The translations under genes were made by a program, and so were the position numbers. This document shows, piece after piece, positions 29,607 through 43,557 of a stretch of DNA of 64,000 bases. Position 1 is the stretch's first letter; every line of letters starts with the position of its first letter. The stretch is from NCBI GenBank assembly GCA_951406725.2, contig OX597823.1, positions 107,322,001 through 107,386,000 on the forward strand, written 5' to 3'. The DNA comes from Octopus vulgaris (taxonomy: Eukaryota). The notes beneath the pieces were generated by a model that saw only the letters and a program-made list of their open reading frames with translations, had not been told where the DNA came from and made no database searches.

Positions 29607-29690
<84 letters not shown>

Positions 29691-29847
29691 TGAATATTTT
29701 GAATTAGATAATCAGATATTTTCTAAAAATTCCACAATGAGAGACGAAAAATGTTCAAAAACATTAAAAATGTCAAGAACAATCTAAAAGTAATTTCTTT
29801 CACTTTCTACAAGCAAAAATAATAAAAAAATATTATTTCTATTATTA

Positions 29848-29909
<62 letters not shown>

Positions 29910-30992
29910 TAAAATTTATATTAAAATTTTCTTGAATTTCTACTCATGTTACCTTCTGCTGCAGACATTTAATCTGTTACCTTCTGCTTTTAATAATCTC
30001 TTTTAATCTGTTTTAATCAAAAGAATACAAGTCATATAGAATTAGTGAAAATTTCTTTGAAATTTCGAAAATTTCGAAATGAAAAGTTGAAACTTGTTTT
30101 GACATTGATCTCTATTGGTGACGGGCAAAAAATTAAAAAATCTTCGTTTGTTGCTGTTGTTGTTGTTGTCGTTGTTTTGAAGTTTCTGGTGATAATGATG
30201 AAAATGATGATGATGATAGAAGTACATTTGGTGTAGATGATGTCATATTTGATGCTGTTGATATTGTCATTGCCAATGTTTTATCATTGTTGTTGCTATC
30301 GTGCTAATGGTAGGGGTGATTATATTTTGTTGCTATTTGTGCTATTGTTATTGTTGTTATGTTGTTAATGCTGTCGTGTTCCTAGCGTTATTATTGCATT
30401 TCTTTTATTCTTTGTTGTTGTTTAAAAAATTATTATTGTCACTGCAGGTGACTTTTGTTTCCTCATACCTAATTGTGATTGTTGTTGTTGTTGTTAAAAG
30501 TTATGATATTGACGATCGTGATGATGACGATAATCATGTTTATCATGATTATGGTGATGATGAGGAGGAAGAGGGAGAGAAAGAGGAGGGAAAGGGAGGA
30601 AGTGAGAGAGGAGGAAGAGGAATAAAAAGAACACGATGATGATGGCAGTGGCAAGTGCGTAAACAAAATTAGCAAAAGTGGAAGAAAATGAAATAAAAAT
30701 GACAATGGCAATGATAGCGTGGAAGGGATGCAGTTGTTTGTCACAATAATTATATCAACACCAACATACTGAACATTTCAAACATATAATCTTCCTGCTA
30801 TCAGTAAATTCTACCAAGAAAAATGTTTTTCTTTAAAAGTAGTTGACGTCAACATTTATTTCAACCTTTCAGGGTCACTGAAATATAGTACCCGGAAAGT
30901 CCTGGCTCAAGGATATAAGTTACCCTACCATCACAGACCTCCCCCAAATTCAGGCCTTATTCTTATAATAGAAAGCATCATCATCATCATCA

Positions 30993-31026
<34 letters not shown>

Positions 31027-31036
31027 TGTTGTTGTT

Positions 31037-31576
31037 ATGTTTCACTTTTGCTTTGTATTTGTACAGAGACCTCAAGGGATAACAAGTTAGAAGTTCATGT
31101 TGGTGTTATACCTAAGGTGTCATATATTTGGTTTTGTACATAGTATTATTCTAGAGAATGTTTAAGAAAATTAAGAGTTTGTTTTAAAATTTGAGATTAC
31201 ACAAACAGTATTTTACGTAGGATATGGGCAGTTCCCGTCAGCACCATCTTTGAATTTCTGCCATTTTGGAGCTCCGTGGTATCTGAGCTAGGTAGCGATC
31301 AGCTCCTTTTGGTACCATTCCTAGGGCACCTATGACAACATGCGTTGTTTTAGTCTTGAGGTTCCACATTTTGCCAACTTCTATTTCAAGATCTTTATAC
31401 TTGCTTAGTTTTTGCTAGGTTTTGACAGATACATTTATATCAATTGGGACAGTCATATCAATGAGGAGGTATGATTTTTGTCTGAAATCTTTCAATATAA
31501 TGTCTGGCCTATTCGCTTCTATCTTTCTGTCAGTTTGAATGGTGAAGTTCCAGAGGAGCGAGATGTGATAATTTTC
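31037..31576 (-). mobile_element. Dong/R4 LINE 3' end with restriction-like endonuclease domain
   Basis: Translates as LLWNFTIQTDRKIEANRPDIILKD...LLIDMTVPID...KLSKYKDLEIEVGKMWNLK...VIGALG...VLTGTAHILRKIL, followed by a 3' UTR. Confidence 0.92.
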
Positions 31577-31768
31577 AATCCCTCTCAACACATGGCTATG
31601 ATGCTCCCCCACTACTTCTGCTCGTGATCAGAGATGCACATTCGCTTCTATCTTTCTGTCAGTTTGAATGGTGAAGTTCCAGAGGAGCGAGATGTGATAA
31701 TTTTCAATCCCTCTCAACACATGGCTATGATGCTCCCCCACTACTTCTGCTCGTGATCAGAGATGCAC
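31511..31768. repeat. exact 129-bp tandem duplication (31511-31639, 31640-31768)
   Basis: Two identical units attcgcttctatc...gagatgcac that span a LINE/family-T junction. Confidence 0.95.
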
Positions 31769-31948
31769 ATATCGTCAGCCACTAAGGGACATGCTCAACT
31801 GGTTACGGTCAAACAACTGACAAGCAAATCTGTGGTATTGAGCAGAATATTTGCTGTAGCCCATCTTTTATACCAAGACAAAACAATGTACATGATAACA
31901 CTTCCAATCAGTTAAGATCAGAAGCCATGAGAGCCACTGCATCAAGGC
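31706..31948 (-). mobile_element. family T element, 5' half, fused to Dong LINE
   Basis: Reverse complement of ~9460-9712. Its 5' end abuts (TAA)n. Confidence 0.9.
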
Positions 31949-32005
<57 letters not shown>

Positions 32006-32219
32006 AGCAGTGAGCTGGCAGAATCGTTAGCACGCTAGAGGAAATGCTTAGTGGTATTTCGCCCGTCGCTACGTTTTGAGTTCAAACTCCACCGAGGTCG
32101 ACTTTGCCTTTCATTCTTTCGGAGTCAATGAATTAAGTACCAGTGAAACACTGGGGTCGATGTAATCGACTAGCCACTTCCCCACAAATTTCAGACCTTG
32201 TGCTTTTAGTAGGTAGGAT
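32006..32219 (+). mobile_element. SINE family B
   Basis: gcagtgagctggcagaatcgttagcacg...gagttcaaactcc...ctggggtcgatgtaatcgac, with a (TTA)n tail. Confidence 0.92.
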
Positions 32220-32227
32220 CATTATTA

Positions 32228-32277
<50 letters not shown>

Positions 32278-32289
32278 GTTGTAGTAGTG

Positions 32290-32349
<60 letters not shown>

Positions 32350-32351
32350 TT

Positions 32352-32574
32352 GAGTAAGAGAGCAGCGCATGACCTTGCAGGTGGGTTCCAGCTAGAATTT
32401 TCTTCTGGTCGAGTAGCCCATCCCGCTCAAAAGGTCCCTGAATAATGATGTTGAACGAACCACCCATGTTTCCAAAGGTGAATTATTCAAACTCCAAAGA
32501 ATTCCTCTGAACACATGGCTATGATACTCCCCCACTACTTCTGCACGTGATCAGAGATGCACATATCGTTAGTC
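32352..32574 (-). mobile_element. family T element, 3' half (internally deleted)
   Basis: Reverse complement of ~9637-9858 joined directly to the family T 3' terminus. Confidence 0.88.
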
Positions 32575-34200
32575 AATTATCTGGCACTTTCTATTCTCTT
32601 TATCTACTACTACTAAACCAGGCCTTCTAGCTTCTATTACTCTATCAGTCTGAATGATGAAGTCCCACGACATCGTATATTTCTTACTTCCCAGTTATGT
32701 TCAGATCCTAGTTTTCTACATAACTTCCAGTGGATTACTCTCCCTAGGTTGTCATGTCTTTTCTTGTATTCTTTCTGTGCCAGAATGCTACATTCATTTA
32801 CTACATGAGTAACACTTTCCTCTTTTGATTTGCAATAACCTACATTGGGAATCTACTTGGTTTTTGTCTATCTTGACTTTTATCCAATTAGTCCTTAATG
32901 CTGTCTCCCCTTTCAGCTTTCCTCTTTGCAACCATAAACATGTTTCACTACTACTATATGCAGCAGTCAGATAACTTCTGTTCTTATTTCTGATTTTAAA
33001 CTTTGTTTTAGGTTTTTGGTCTTCCTCTGTATTGCAGCCTCTAGTAAACTTTCTTTAGTAAACTAGCAACCTTTAATAAACTTCATTGGAGTCTATATCT
33101 ACTCTAGCTAACTCCGCAGAGTCTTCTACTGATATTGACCCTCTTCCGCCTTCCTTTCTTGGTAAGTATAATCTTGTTATTCCAGCCCGTGATCATAGTG
33201 AATTCCTTCGTAGTTCTTCTGTCTAGCTTGCTAATTCAGTTTTTGTCCAACCTACAAAAGTTGCTGAGTATCTAAGTAAGGATACTTCTCAAGTATTGAC
33301 AACCTTCACTTGATTCGGACCATTGAGCTTTGACTTCATCAGCTTCGTCACTCTTCTCATGGACTCCTTTTCAACTTTCGTTTTCATTTCTCTAGTTAGT
33401 ACTCTATCAGATTCTAATATTCCCAGATACTTATAATTCTCTCCTCCTTTCAATGATTTTAATGTCTGACCATCTGATAATTGGATGCCTTCGTTGTTGA
33501 CTACCTGTTCCCTTCCCATGACTGATATTGCACACCTATCTATGCCAAATTCCGTACCTATATCTTTGCTGAAGAGTCTTACAGTCTGTACTAAGGAATC
33601 TATCGCTTCATTCTTACTAAAAAGCTTCAGATCATCCATGTAGAGCAAAGGATTAATTTTTTCCGTTACTATTTCTAAACGGAATCCTTTTCTGCATCCC
33701 TTTTGTCCTACTGGAAGTAGATTGTTTTCGGCAAGGATCGTATATATTTTCTGTGTGGGAATGCCTGTTAACACTTTCTATAATAGGTTAAGACAAGCAA
33801 TGGGTTGGTGATTCCAACCTCACCCGACCTTTGACCGATCTTTCATGAACAATGTTGTCTTTCCCTCTGCAATCCTTTACGGAACTGCACCACTCTGTTG
33901 GCAATTATTTAACTGCAAAGCAATTCGCTTGTGTTGACCTAAACCACTTGAGCCAGTAGCCTTGGATTCCGTCTGGTCCTGTTGCTTTCCAATTTGGCAG
34001 TTCCGGTACCTGTGTAATTACGTCTTCCATTGTTAAGCATACAATGTCCTGTTGTGGAGCCTCATAGCGATCTATCTCATTTTTTATTCTTAATGAAAAG
34101 CTTCAGACCATCCATGTAGAGCAAATGGTTAAGTTTTCCTTTACCATCTCTAAACTGATACCCTGCTGTTGCCGTTCGAATTACTAAACTGAAGCAGAAT
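32575..34200 (-). mobile_element. Dong/R4 LINE, decayed and rearranged RT + zinc knuckle + start of REL
   Basis: Motifs PNWKATGPDGIQGYWL, QKGCRKG, LLYMDDLKLF, YKYLGILE, KLNGPNQVKVVNT, CKSKEESVTHVVNECSILAQKEYKKRHDNLGRVIHW and WDFIIQTDRVIEARRP. Confidence 0.92.
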
Positions 34201-34336
34201 AAACATTCGCACTATATGTAAATATATGTAAATATGCAAATATATATAGATATGTACGCGCGCGCACACAAAGACGTATCATACACACTCACATATACAT
34301 ACATATATACATATATACATACATACACACATTTAA

Positions 34337-34565
34337 GGCGGCGAGCTGGCAGAACTGTTAGCACGCCGGGCGAAATGGGTAGCAGTATTTCGTCTGCCGT
34401 TAGGTTCTGAGTTCAAATTTCGCCGAAGTCGACTTTGCCTTTCATCCTTTCGAGGTCGATAAATTAAGTACCAGCTACGCACTGGGGTCGATGTAATCGA
34501 CTTAATTCGTTTGTCTGTCCTTGTTTGCCCCCTCTATGTTTAGCCCCTTGTGGGTAATAAAGAAA
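34337..34565 (+). mobile_element. SINE family B (alternative tail)
   Basis: Full head ggcggcgagctggcagaa..., with tail ...gccccttgtgggtaataaagaaa, the same tail as the 12209-12440 copy. Confidence 0.93.
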
Positions 34566-34570
34566 CATAT

Positions 34571-34601
<31 letters not shown>

Positions 34602-35704
34602 TACACACATACCTATATCTACATTCAGAAAGAAAGGTCAGCACTTCTGGTTAAATCAAAATTTTATCAAATAGTCTGCTAGAAATTCAGAATTGAACAG
34701 TTTATATTATTTTATAGATGTAAAACAGGAAGAAATGAAATAACAATGCGAAGTTAGTTTTCCTTTTGATCATTGCATCGATGACTGTCAAATAATGCAT
34801 ATTCTGTAAAATCTGAATATTTACAAAATCTTCCAGTTCTCATAATACTCACCACATACTTATCAAGTACATAATTGTCTTTCATTCTTATATAATTACC
34901 CAAGATATGCACACACGCACACAGGGAGAAACTAAGAAAAAGATTTTAGAGGACTGATCGAATAAACATGGAATCCATTGAAATAATTCTTATATGAGTA
35001 TGTAGGCCGTGAATACCTCAAAAGGATTTCAAAGTTATTTGCGGGTATCGAACTCGCGCCTTATGGTTCGCTATAAATTTTGATAAGAAAATATGTTGCC
35101 ATGTTCACTAAATACTTTATTCCACAAACCTTGCTGTAAAATATACATTTATTTTAAGCATGCTACGTATCTAAAACGTACTGCGTACATACTAGTGAGC
35201 ATTTGCATTTATATCTTGCCATTTTATTTCGATTAGCAATCAGAAACCATTCTGTTGTCACGTCCTAAATACCTCTAAGTCTTAATTACTTCTTAAGATG
35301 AACTTTTAATCCTTCACGGAAATTAAATAGTATGACACAATGGTTCTGTTTTCTATTGTCATTTTTTTTCTACTCCATATTTTCATTTCAAGATCTTGCA
35401 TGATTCATATGTGTACATACATACATACATACATACATACATGTATGTATGTATGTATGTATGTATGTATGTATGTATGTATGTATGTATGTATGTATGT
35501 ATGTATGTATGTATGTATGTATGTATATATATATTTATCTGTGCCGGTGTCTGTCTGACGATATATATATATATATATATATATAAATACTGTGTTAGAT
35601 TTATAAATGTGTATGCATTTATCGTACATATGCGTACGTATGCACACACACATACACACATACATCTCTATATATGCATGTATGTATATACATACTTACA
35701 CACA

Positions 35705-35752
<48 letters not shown>

Positions 35753-35794
35753 CATACATACATACATACATACATACATACATACATACATACA

Positions 35795-35826
<32 letters not shown>

Positions 35827-36869
35827 GAATATATATATATATGCACAGGTGTGCATGTTTGTATCATAATTCATATACTTTTTAAATACTGAATGATTTG
35901 ATAGATTTTTGAAAGAATAAATGCGATTAAGGTGAAATATATCTATATAGAAATATAGAAATGGCGAAAGAGTAGGAAGAGGGAACGACGGAATAAAAAA
36001 AAGAAAATAGGTAAAAAAAAATAATTCAACGGTAAGGAAATATACCTTATCTTTATTTTCTGTAAGCGTATATGTGTGCGTGTGTGTGAATAAGTGTATG
36101 TATGTGTATGTATATATCTATATATATATATATATGTGTGTGTGTGTATGTATATGTACATATATATGCAAATACATATATATATATATATATATTTGCA
36201 AAAATATATACATATACATATATATATATATATATATTGATACATATATACATATATATACACACGCATGTACATTCATACCTATATATGTGTGTGGGGT
36301 GTGTGTGTGTGTGTGTGTGTTCATATATATTCTAAGTTCTGCTTTTGTATTTATGAGCGGGAGAAAGTAGGTTTGACAAAAATAAAATATAAAGAAAACA
36401 CAAAGAATAGCAACACTAAAAGGAAAATTAAATTAGATGTAAAAGAATAATATGAGGAAGAGATAATAGAGTACAGATGAGAGAAATGGTGGGAGATGAG
36501 AGAGGGAGGGAGAAAGAGAGAGAGAGAGAGAGAGATGGCAACGGAAATAATGTAGGAAAGAATTGTGGAAATGGGGTATTGAAATACGCTCGTTTATTCT
36601 TATGCGTGCGTGTGTGTTTGTGAGTGTGTGCGGGCGTGCGGAAGTGTGTATGCGCGCGCGAGCGTGTGTGTACATAATGGTATTAAATATCATACAAATA
36701 GAATGGAGATACTTATTCCATACAAAGCATCTAAGCGACGAGCTCAGGCAATATTATAAGGGAATATACAGATGGCTAAAGCAAATGGACAGTTGAAATT
36801 AAAAACATGATGATCAGATGATGATGACGATGTGTATATACATACATATACATATACATATATATATAT

Positions 36870-36920
<51 letters not shown>

Positions 36921-37007
36921 CATACATACATACATACATACATACATACATACATACATACATACATACATACATACATAAATAGATAGATAGAGAGAGA
37001 TAGAAAT

Positions 37008-37230
37008 GGTAAGACAACAAGAGAATGAACGAAACCTCGATATTAGGTAAACAGAGGAATTTATCTGTAAATGTAATATATCACAATCATTCGGTAACCA
37101 TGATAAAACTCCGAGTTTCGGATGTCGGTTATCCGACCATCGGAAATAATGCTATGAAAAATTCCACCCCGACATCCGAAAATCGGAGTTTTATCATGGC
37201 TACCGAATAATTGTCACATATTACATTTAC

Positions 37231-37235
<5 letters not shown>
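37008..37235 (-). mobile_element. Penelope-pLTR-like fold-back repeat, copy 1
   Basis: Imperfect 67-bp inverted arms at 37062-37128 / 37169-37235. The flank and arms are homologous to 51187-51439. Confidence 0.7.
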
Positions 37236-37323
<88 letters not shown>

Positions 37324-37342
37324 TACACACACACGCGCGCAC

Positions 37343-37374
<32 letters not shown>

Positions 37375-37870
37375 CTTTCCTTCTTTTCCCCAACTTGTTT
37401 TTTTTTTCTTTTTCTGATTCAGCTGGAGGGATCAGACGCATTCTTGTCTGCCTCCTGTCCAAGCTTGCACCTCTGCATTCACCACTTCACCTCGTTTAGG
37501 CTTAGCAGCCCTTCCTGTTTGTTTTCACTGCTTTGTTTTTGTTTCTAAATTGACCCTCCGCAAAATCCTATATTTTATTTAATTTGCTTTGTAGGAGTAA
37601 ATTTTTTATCGAAGGCGTATCTTGTGGTGAATTGCTCGAAATACGGATTAGTAAAACAGCCGACAACTGATGAAGGGTCATTCTTCATGTTGATTGTCTT
37701 GTTTTCCATTTGTTTCATTCGTTGTTCGCAAAAATTTCATATTCCATGTATTCGTATTTTGTATTTCATGTTTTCGTATTTTATGTTGTTTACTTTCTGT
37801 GACATCCCGTGCAACTTATGCACATGTATATACGTATATATGTAAGTATGTAAATATACGTATGTATATA

Positions 37871-37904
<34 letters not shown>

Positions 37905-37959
37905 TATGTATATATGCATATATATATCTTTGTAATCACAAAAATAATTTGAATCAGTA

Positions 37960-38180
37960 GTCATATCATAACGCCAGATTCCCAGATTCTGTGGCTTAAA
38001 TATTCCCTCACTGGACGAGACATCGGTCCGTTGCGGGATGCCGAATTTTTCCCAGCTTAATGAACTGGGGCAGTGCATGAAATAAAGTGTTTCGTTAAAG
38101 ATTACAGAACAAGACTCGATGTAGCAATCGAAACCAAAATCTTACGATCATGAACGTAAGACCCTAACCACTAAGCCACT
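37960..38180 (-). mobile_element. old tRNA-derived SINE (family D)
   Basis: Minus-strand head gTGGCTTAGTGGttagggtc...GGTTTCGATTgc, followed by a CORE-like segment. Confidence 0.65.
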
Positions 38181-38197
38181 AAGCGTATAATAATCTT

Positions 38198-38248
<51 letters not shown>

Positions 38249-41200
38249 TATGTATATGCATGCCTATATATATCTAGTTATAGATTATAAAATTGGACGG
38301 GATTGACGCAATAACGTGCCCAAATGGAAGGAAATCATCTATACGGCTGGTTGAAAATAAATATATTCCCTTTAACCATCAGACGTATGGAGTACTCTCC
38401 TGAGCCATGATCTTGCTGGTTTACAAACGATAATGTGTGTAGGTGGGGAACGGTGATAGGGATCCCCAGAAGCGTTGTAGTGTCGGACGAAATGCATTGA
38501 GGTGATTCTTACAGTCTATTAAGTTCCGAGTTCAAATTTGCTTTGTTCTTTTGGAGTACTAGACAACTGCTTGATTCAATACTATCAGCTGAACGTTTTC
38601 CTGAAATTTGAAGCTCTAGATAACTTTTTCTTTTACAAATATTTACGAGAGATAATTTTGCTAGATAAACTAATCTTTAAAAAGATATGTTTTGTGGAGG
38701 AGAGATATTAAGGTCGTCGCAATTACATCGCGAAGAGTTTTGCGTACACTAGCAGTAAGTTTTTCTTCTGCTTATATTGACTATGGAAGCAGGGAAGTTT
38801 TTGGTACGTTTGTAGCTCACCTCGACGGTATTTCTCTTAAAAAACTCATGAAATCTATGGTGCTCTGAAGGGAAAATATTCATTGATAAGAAAATCCAGA
38901 CAGCATAGAAATGAATATTTAAACAAATGGGAGATTATACCATGTTAATATTTCGTTTTCTGTTTTTCTGTTTTGAATTTTAGTGATGTTCTGTATATTA
39001 TTTATTCTGTCTTTGACTTGCGTGGTTATAATAATTAGCAGCATGGCTAAATAATCCTTCGTCAAAAAAGAAAAATAAATAGGATATGCGCTTACTAAGA
39101 TTAAGTAAGTTTCTACAAATTATTAGAAATTTGGAATTTATATTAATATACAGTAATTTCTCGTTAGATTTACTATAGTGTAGTATTTGCCAGTACCTAA
39201 ACCAAGAAAAGTATATAAGAAATCATATATACTTATACGTATGTCTGTGTGTATCTTTCGTTTGTGTATGTTCACGTGTGAAAGCATGAATGCGCGTGCG
39301 TATGTATTGCATATACGTATTAATTTTCTACAAATGTAATCATTTGTCTTTCAAGCATAAGCTGTTCACATAAAAAAAAGAAAAAGCTGAATTGCCAATA
39401 TGAATAGCCACACCACTGTCTGGCAATTTTTTCTTTTTTTTTTTACATCTATAAGCTGTTAAAATCATTTAAATTCTTTGTGAATTATAGAGCCAGCTGA
39501 ATCTTTTTCCATATAAACTTTAGTTATCGACTCGCAAACCTATTTATGTAATTCTATTTACTCACTTTACTTATGACTTATACAACAAGGATTCAATCTT
39601 CTGAATACATATATTTTAACCATTGTTTTTGTTTCATAACTTAATTGCAAATAATAATTAATGAAAAGTAATTTTAATTTAAGTGTGTTTATGTGTGCGT
39701 GCATGCTTGTGTATATGTGGTTGTATATAATCTAGTGTTTGCATGTGCGTGCGTGAATGTGTCTTTGCGTGTGTACGTACATATATGTGTGTATGCATGC
39801 GTGGGCGTATGTATGCGTGTGCGTGCGTGTTTGTGATTGTGTGTGTGTGTGTGTGTGTGTGTGAGTGTGTGCGCGCGCGCGCGCACCAACCCCTGCGTGT
39901 GTGAAACGTTTCTTATAATATAAACTACATTTTTAGTAGAAGTTTAGTTTAGAAAACTTTCGTTCAAAACACTGATTATAATATAGTTGTATGTGACTAA
40001 AATATAGTCGGAAAACCGAATGACTTGAACATATCCCAGTTCAGAGAAATATAGACAAATCACAGAATAAATATTCGTATTTCTTAACATTAGATATATG
40101 CCAACTTAACCCTTTGAAATATATAAAATTATTGTAATTTATTTCGTTGCTTAACTTGTTCAAAACTTTGGTGTATGCTCTAGTTGGTTAACCTGACGAA
40201 AGTCAAGTATTTTGAAAATGATTTATTTACATTAGACGACTGCATGCATACATGCGCAGCAATAGTGAAACATAATGTAAGTCTAATAGGGAATTATTAA
40301 GTTTTTCTTTGCTCGTAATCTTTTGTAAATATGAAGCCACTAACATCTTACGCAATATTCGATATAACATTAATTGTTTTTTGCTTTTATCTTTTTCCTT
40401 TTGCGCCTTACAAAAGTATGTCACGTGTCTAGTACTCTATTTTTGTGTTTATGAAAGTTAAAGATAAGTAGTATTAAACGTCTGTGACGGAACCGGAACT
40501 TACTTTTTAAGTCGATTCATTGCTATCTTCAGTAAAGAACAGTCGGACAAATGTTTTTAATTTACTTATTGAATAATCAGTTTAGTGAAATAGTTTCTCA
40601 TCTTTGTGTTCTTTTAATGTCTGATTATTGCTTCTGTTGGTGGTGATGACATTGGTGGCGGCGGTGGTGGTGGTGGTGGTGGTAGTGGTGGTGGTGGTGG
40701 TGGTGCTGCTGCTGCTGCTGCTTCTGATGGTGATGATATTATACTGGTGCTAGTGATGACTGAGGTGTAAGTGTTTATGATTGTGGTGCAACGTTAGTGA
40801 AGCTGTGGTGATGAAGTTGGAGTTGGTGATAGTAATGGTGGCGGTATTGATCAAATGTGTATTAAAAGGTGACGGTGTTGACGCCGATTAAATTTTCGTG
40901 AGATAAATGATCTCACTACAATGTAGCTATAATCTGTGATGCGACGGAAGGTAATTATCAAATTACTCTTCATGATTTCGAACAACATAGGATGTAGCCT
41001 TTCTCTCTGCATTGCCTGATATTCCCCTATCTATATCGTCTCAGCGTGTTACCATCGGATTAACATAGCTTTCAGTTATCCAACCAGCTTGTAATCATTT
41101 TATTAAAGATATCATACTTCGACTTACGATGTTTGTTCTACGTTTAATATTACCATTTATAAAGATGTCGTTAGCAATATTACTAAAACCAACGAATTGA

Positions 41201-41841
41201 CATATGATATCAATGTAACTAATATTGTATCGATAAAATTTTTTTTTAAATCTAAACATAAGCTATGATTGTGAGACAATGATTCAGTCTCAAGTGGATT
41301 TATTAATTCTGAGTCATTACAAGCCAAAATACACAATAAATTGTTTAAAGACATGAAATTTGGGTTAATTATGATGAAATATTTCCAACTAATTAAATTT
41401 CAATTATAGTGTTTAATTGAAAAGTGATGGTTATTTTTTAAAAAATTTACTTGCTTTAATCCATCCACCTATCCTAACTGATATGTTATTAGTAATGAAC
41501 ACATGATTTTCTGAGATGCCACGAAAATACGGTGTTCCATCCACCCGTATTTACGCCCCTGGGTCGGTTAAATTTATAGAAAATGATGCTAAACATTAAC
41601 TTTATAAGAAACTTTTGACTGCAAGAAACATCAATTCATTTATCTGTTAAGTTATCCACTTCAATACATATTAAATTACCTATGTAATATATATATACAT
41701 ATATAAATATACAACATATTTGCACACATTCACATACGCGCGCACACACACACAGAGTTACACACACAAATATAACCTATATTCTATTAAAAGTGTATGT
41801 TAAGATTATTTACACACACGGATAGATAGATAGATGGATAA

Positions 41842-41927
<86 letters not shown>

Positions 41928-43244
41928 TGGCTGACTGACAGAAAGACTAACAGACAGACTGACAGGCAGACAGACATATATGATGTTTTTGCTCATTTTT
42001 ATATAAAAGTACATAAGAGAAGCGTATACAAAATTTATAATCTTTTTCAAAATCATTTTTTTTTTTCACTTTTACTGACATTGAAAAAAGAGATTTCATG
42101 TCAAAAGACTAAAGATCCATCCTTTTGGGAGTGATTATTTTGTAAGCTTTAAATCTCTTTATTGTCAGAAATATTTATAATAATGGCTGCAATTTGTGCC
42201 ATAAAACTTGAATCTTTCCAAGTAAAGATTAATTTTCTCTTGAAAATTGTTAGATTTAGTTTCATTTCTTGTTCTACTGCAACTTTAAACTTTACAACAG
42301 ACTCAGTTTTTGAACTGGCTGAAACAAAATAAAATCTCAATTTCCTGATCATGTACAAACGTGTGATTATGAACAGACACGTTATCAGGATCACATATTA
42401 ATACCAATCTGTCATATAAGGGAAGAATGTGAATTTATAATATTGCTTCATTGTAAATTTTCTCTGTTTAAGGAATGAAAGGTCACACATTTTGACCGTT
42501 TAGTAATCTCAAAACCAATATGACACCTTCTCAAATATCTTCCTTGATTTCTTCAGTTGATTTTTTTCAACTATCAAGTTGAATAAATCATTTCTTTTTC
42601 TCTATTTTGCAATGTATTGTCCATGAAATCACTTCTCTTTCTTTTCTTTGGTACATCAGGCTTTCAGCACTAGCTCCACTACAATTTCTAAATTCTTTCA
42701 GAAAACTTCTAAAGACGTACCTTTATATATTACTTACACGTCTAGTAATGAAATACTTCAATGAGGAAACTATAGAATGCCTGCTCTGAGTAGAGGTTAG
42801 TAATAAGAATCTTCATTTTTATCTCTTGAAAAGCAGATTGCTCTTTTATAACCGGATTCTGCTTTTCAAACACCATCCCTCTTTCTTGATTTTGGCGGAC
42901 TGCTCTGGAATAGGGATTAATGGAATAGCAACATTTCTTTCAGTTCCTTCTTAATAATCCTGTGGCTACGACATTCATTACGAAATAAAACAAATCCTGC
43001 TTTTCTTGAAAAATTAACAACGTTTGGCCTATTTCAAAGTGACGGCGACCAAAATGAAGACCTTGTATTAGTTAATTACATCAAAAGATGGCAATGCATA
43101 ATATCAAACTTAAATGAAAAAGAAGTATGCTTAAGATTCATAAACAAAAAAGGAAATGCAAAGCAGAATATGGAGATGAATGATCAATATATGAATTAGG
43201 AAATACAATCTGAGACGAAACCCTTTTACAAATTAAAACACACA

Positions 43245-43283
<39 letters not shown>

Positions 43284-43294
43284 ACACATACACA

Positions 43295-43337
<43 letters not shown>

Positions 43338-43505
43338 CACACACACACATGATTATATTAATTAAATTACGGTAAGAGATGATGATTTCTGTATGTTTAT
43401 CCATTTCTGCTTGGAATATAAAACGCTACCGTTTTTTCTTCGTCTGGAATCGAATTATATACATGTACATATATATATACATAGATACACACATGCACAA
43501 GTATA

Positions 43506-43557
<52 letters not shown>

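Noticed and set aside
42826-42869. 12-bp stem ttgaaaagcaga/tctgcttttcaa
   Set aside because: A short stem with a 20-nt loop, plausible by chance in AT-rich DNA.
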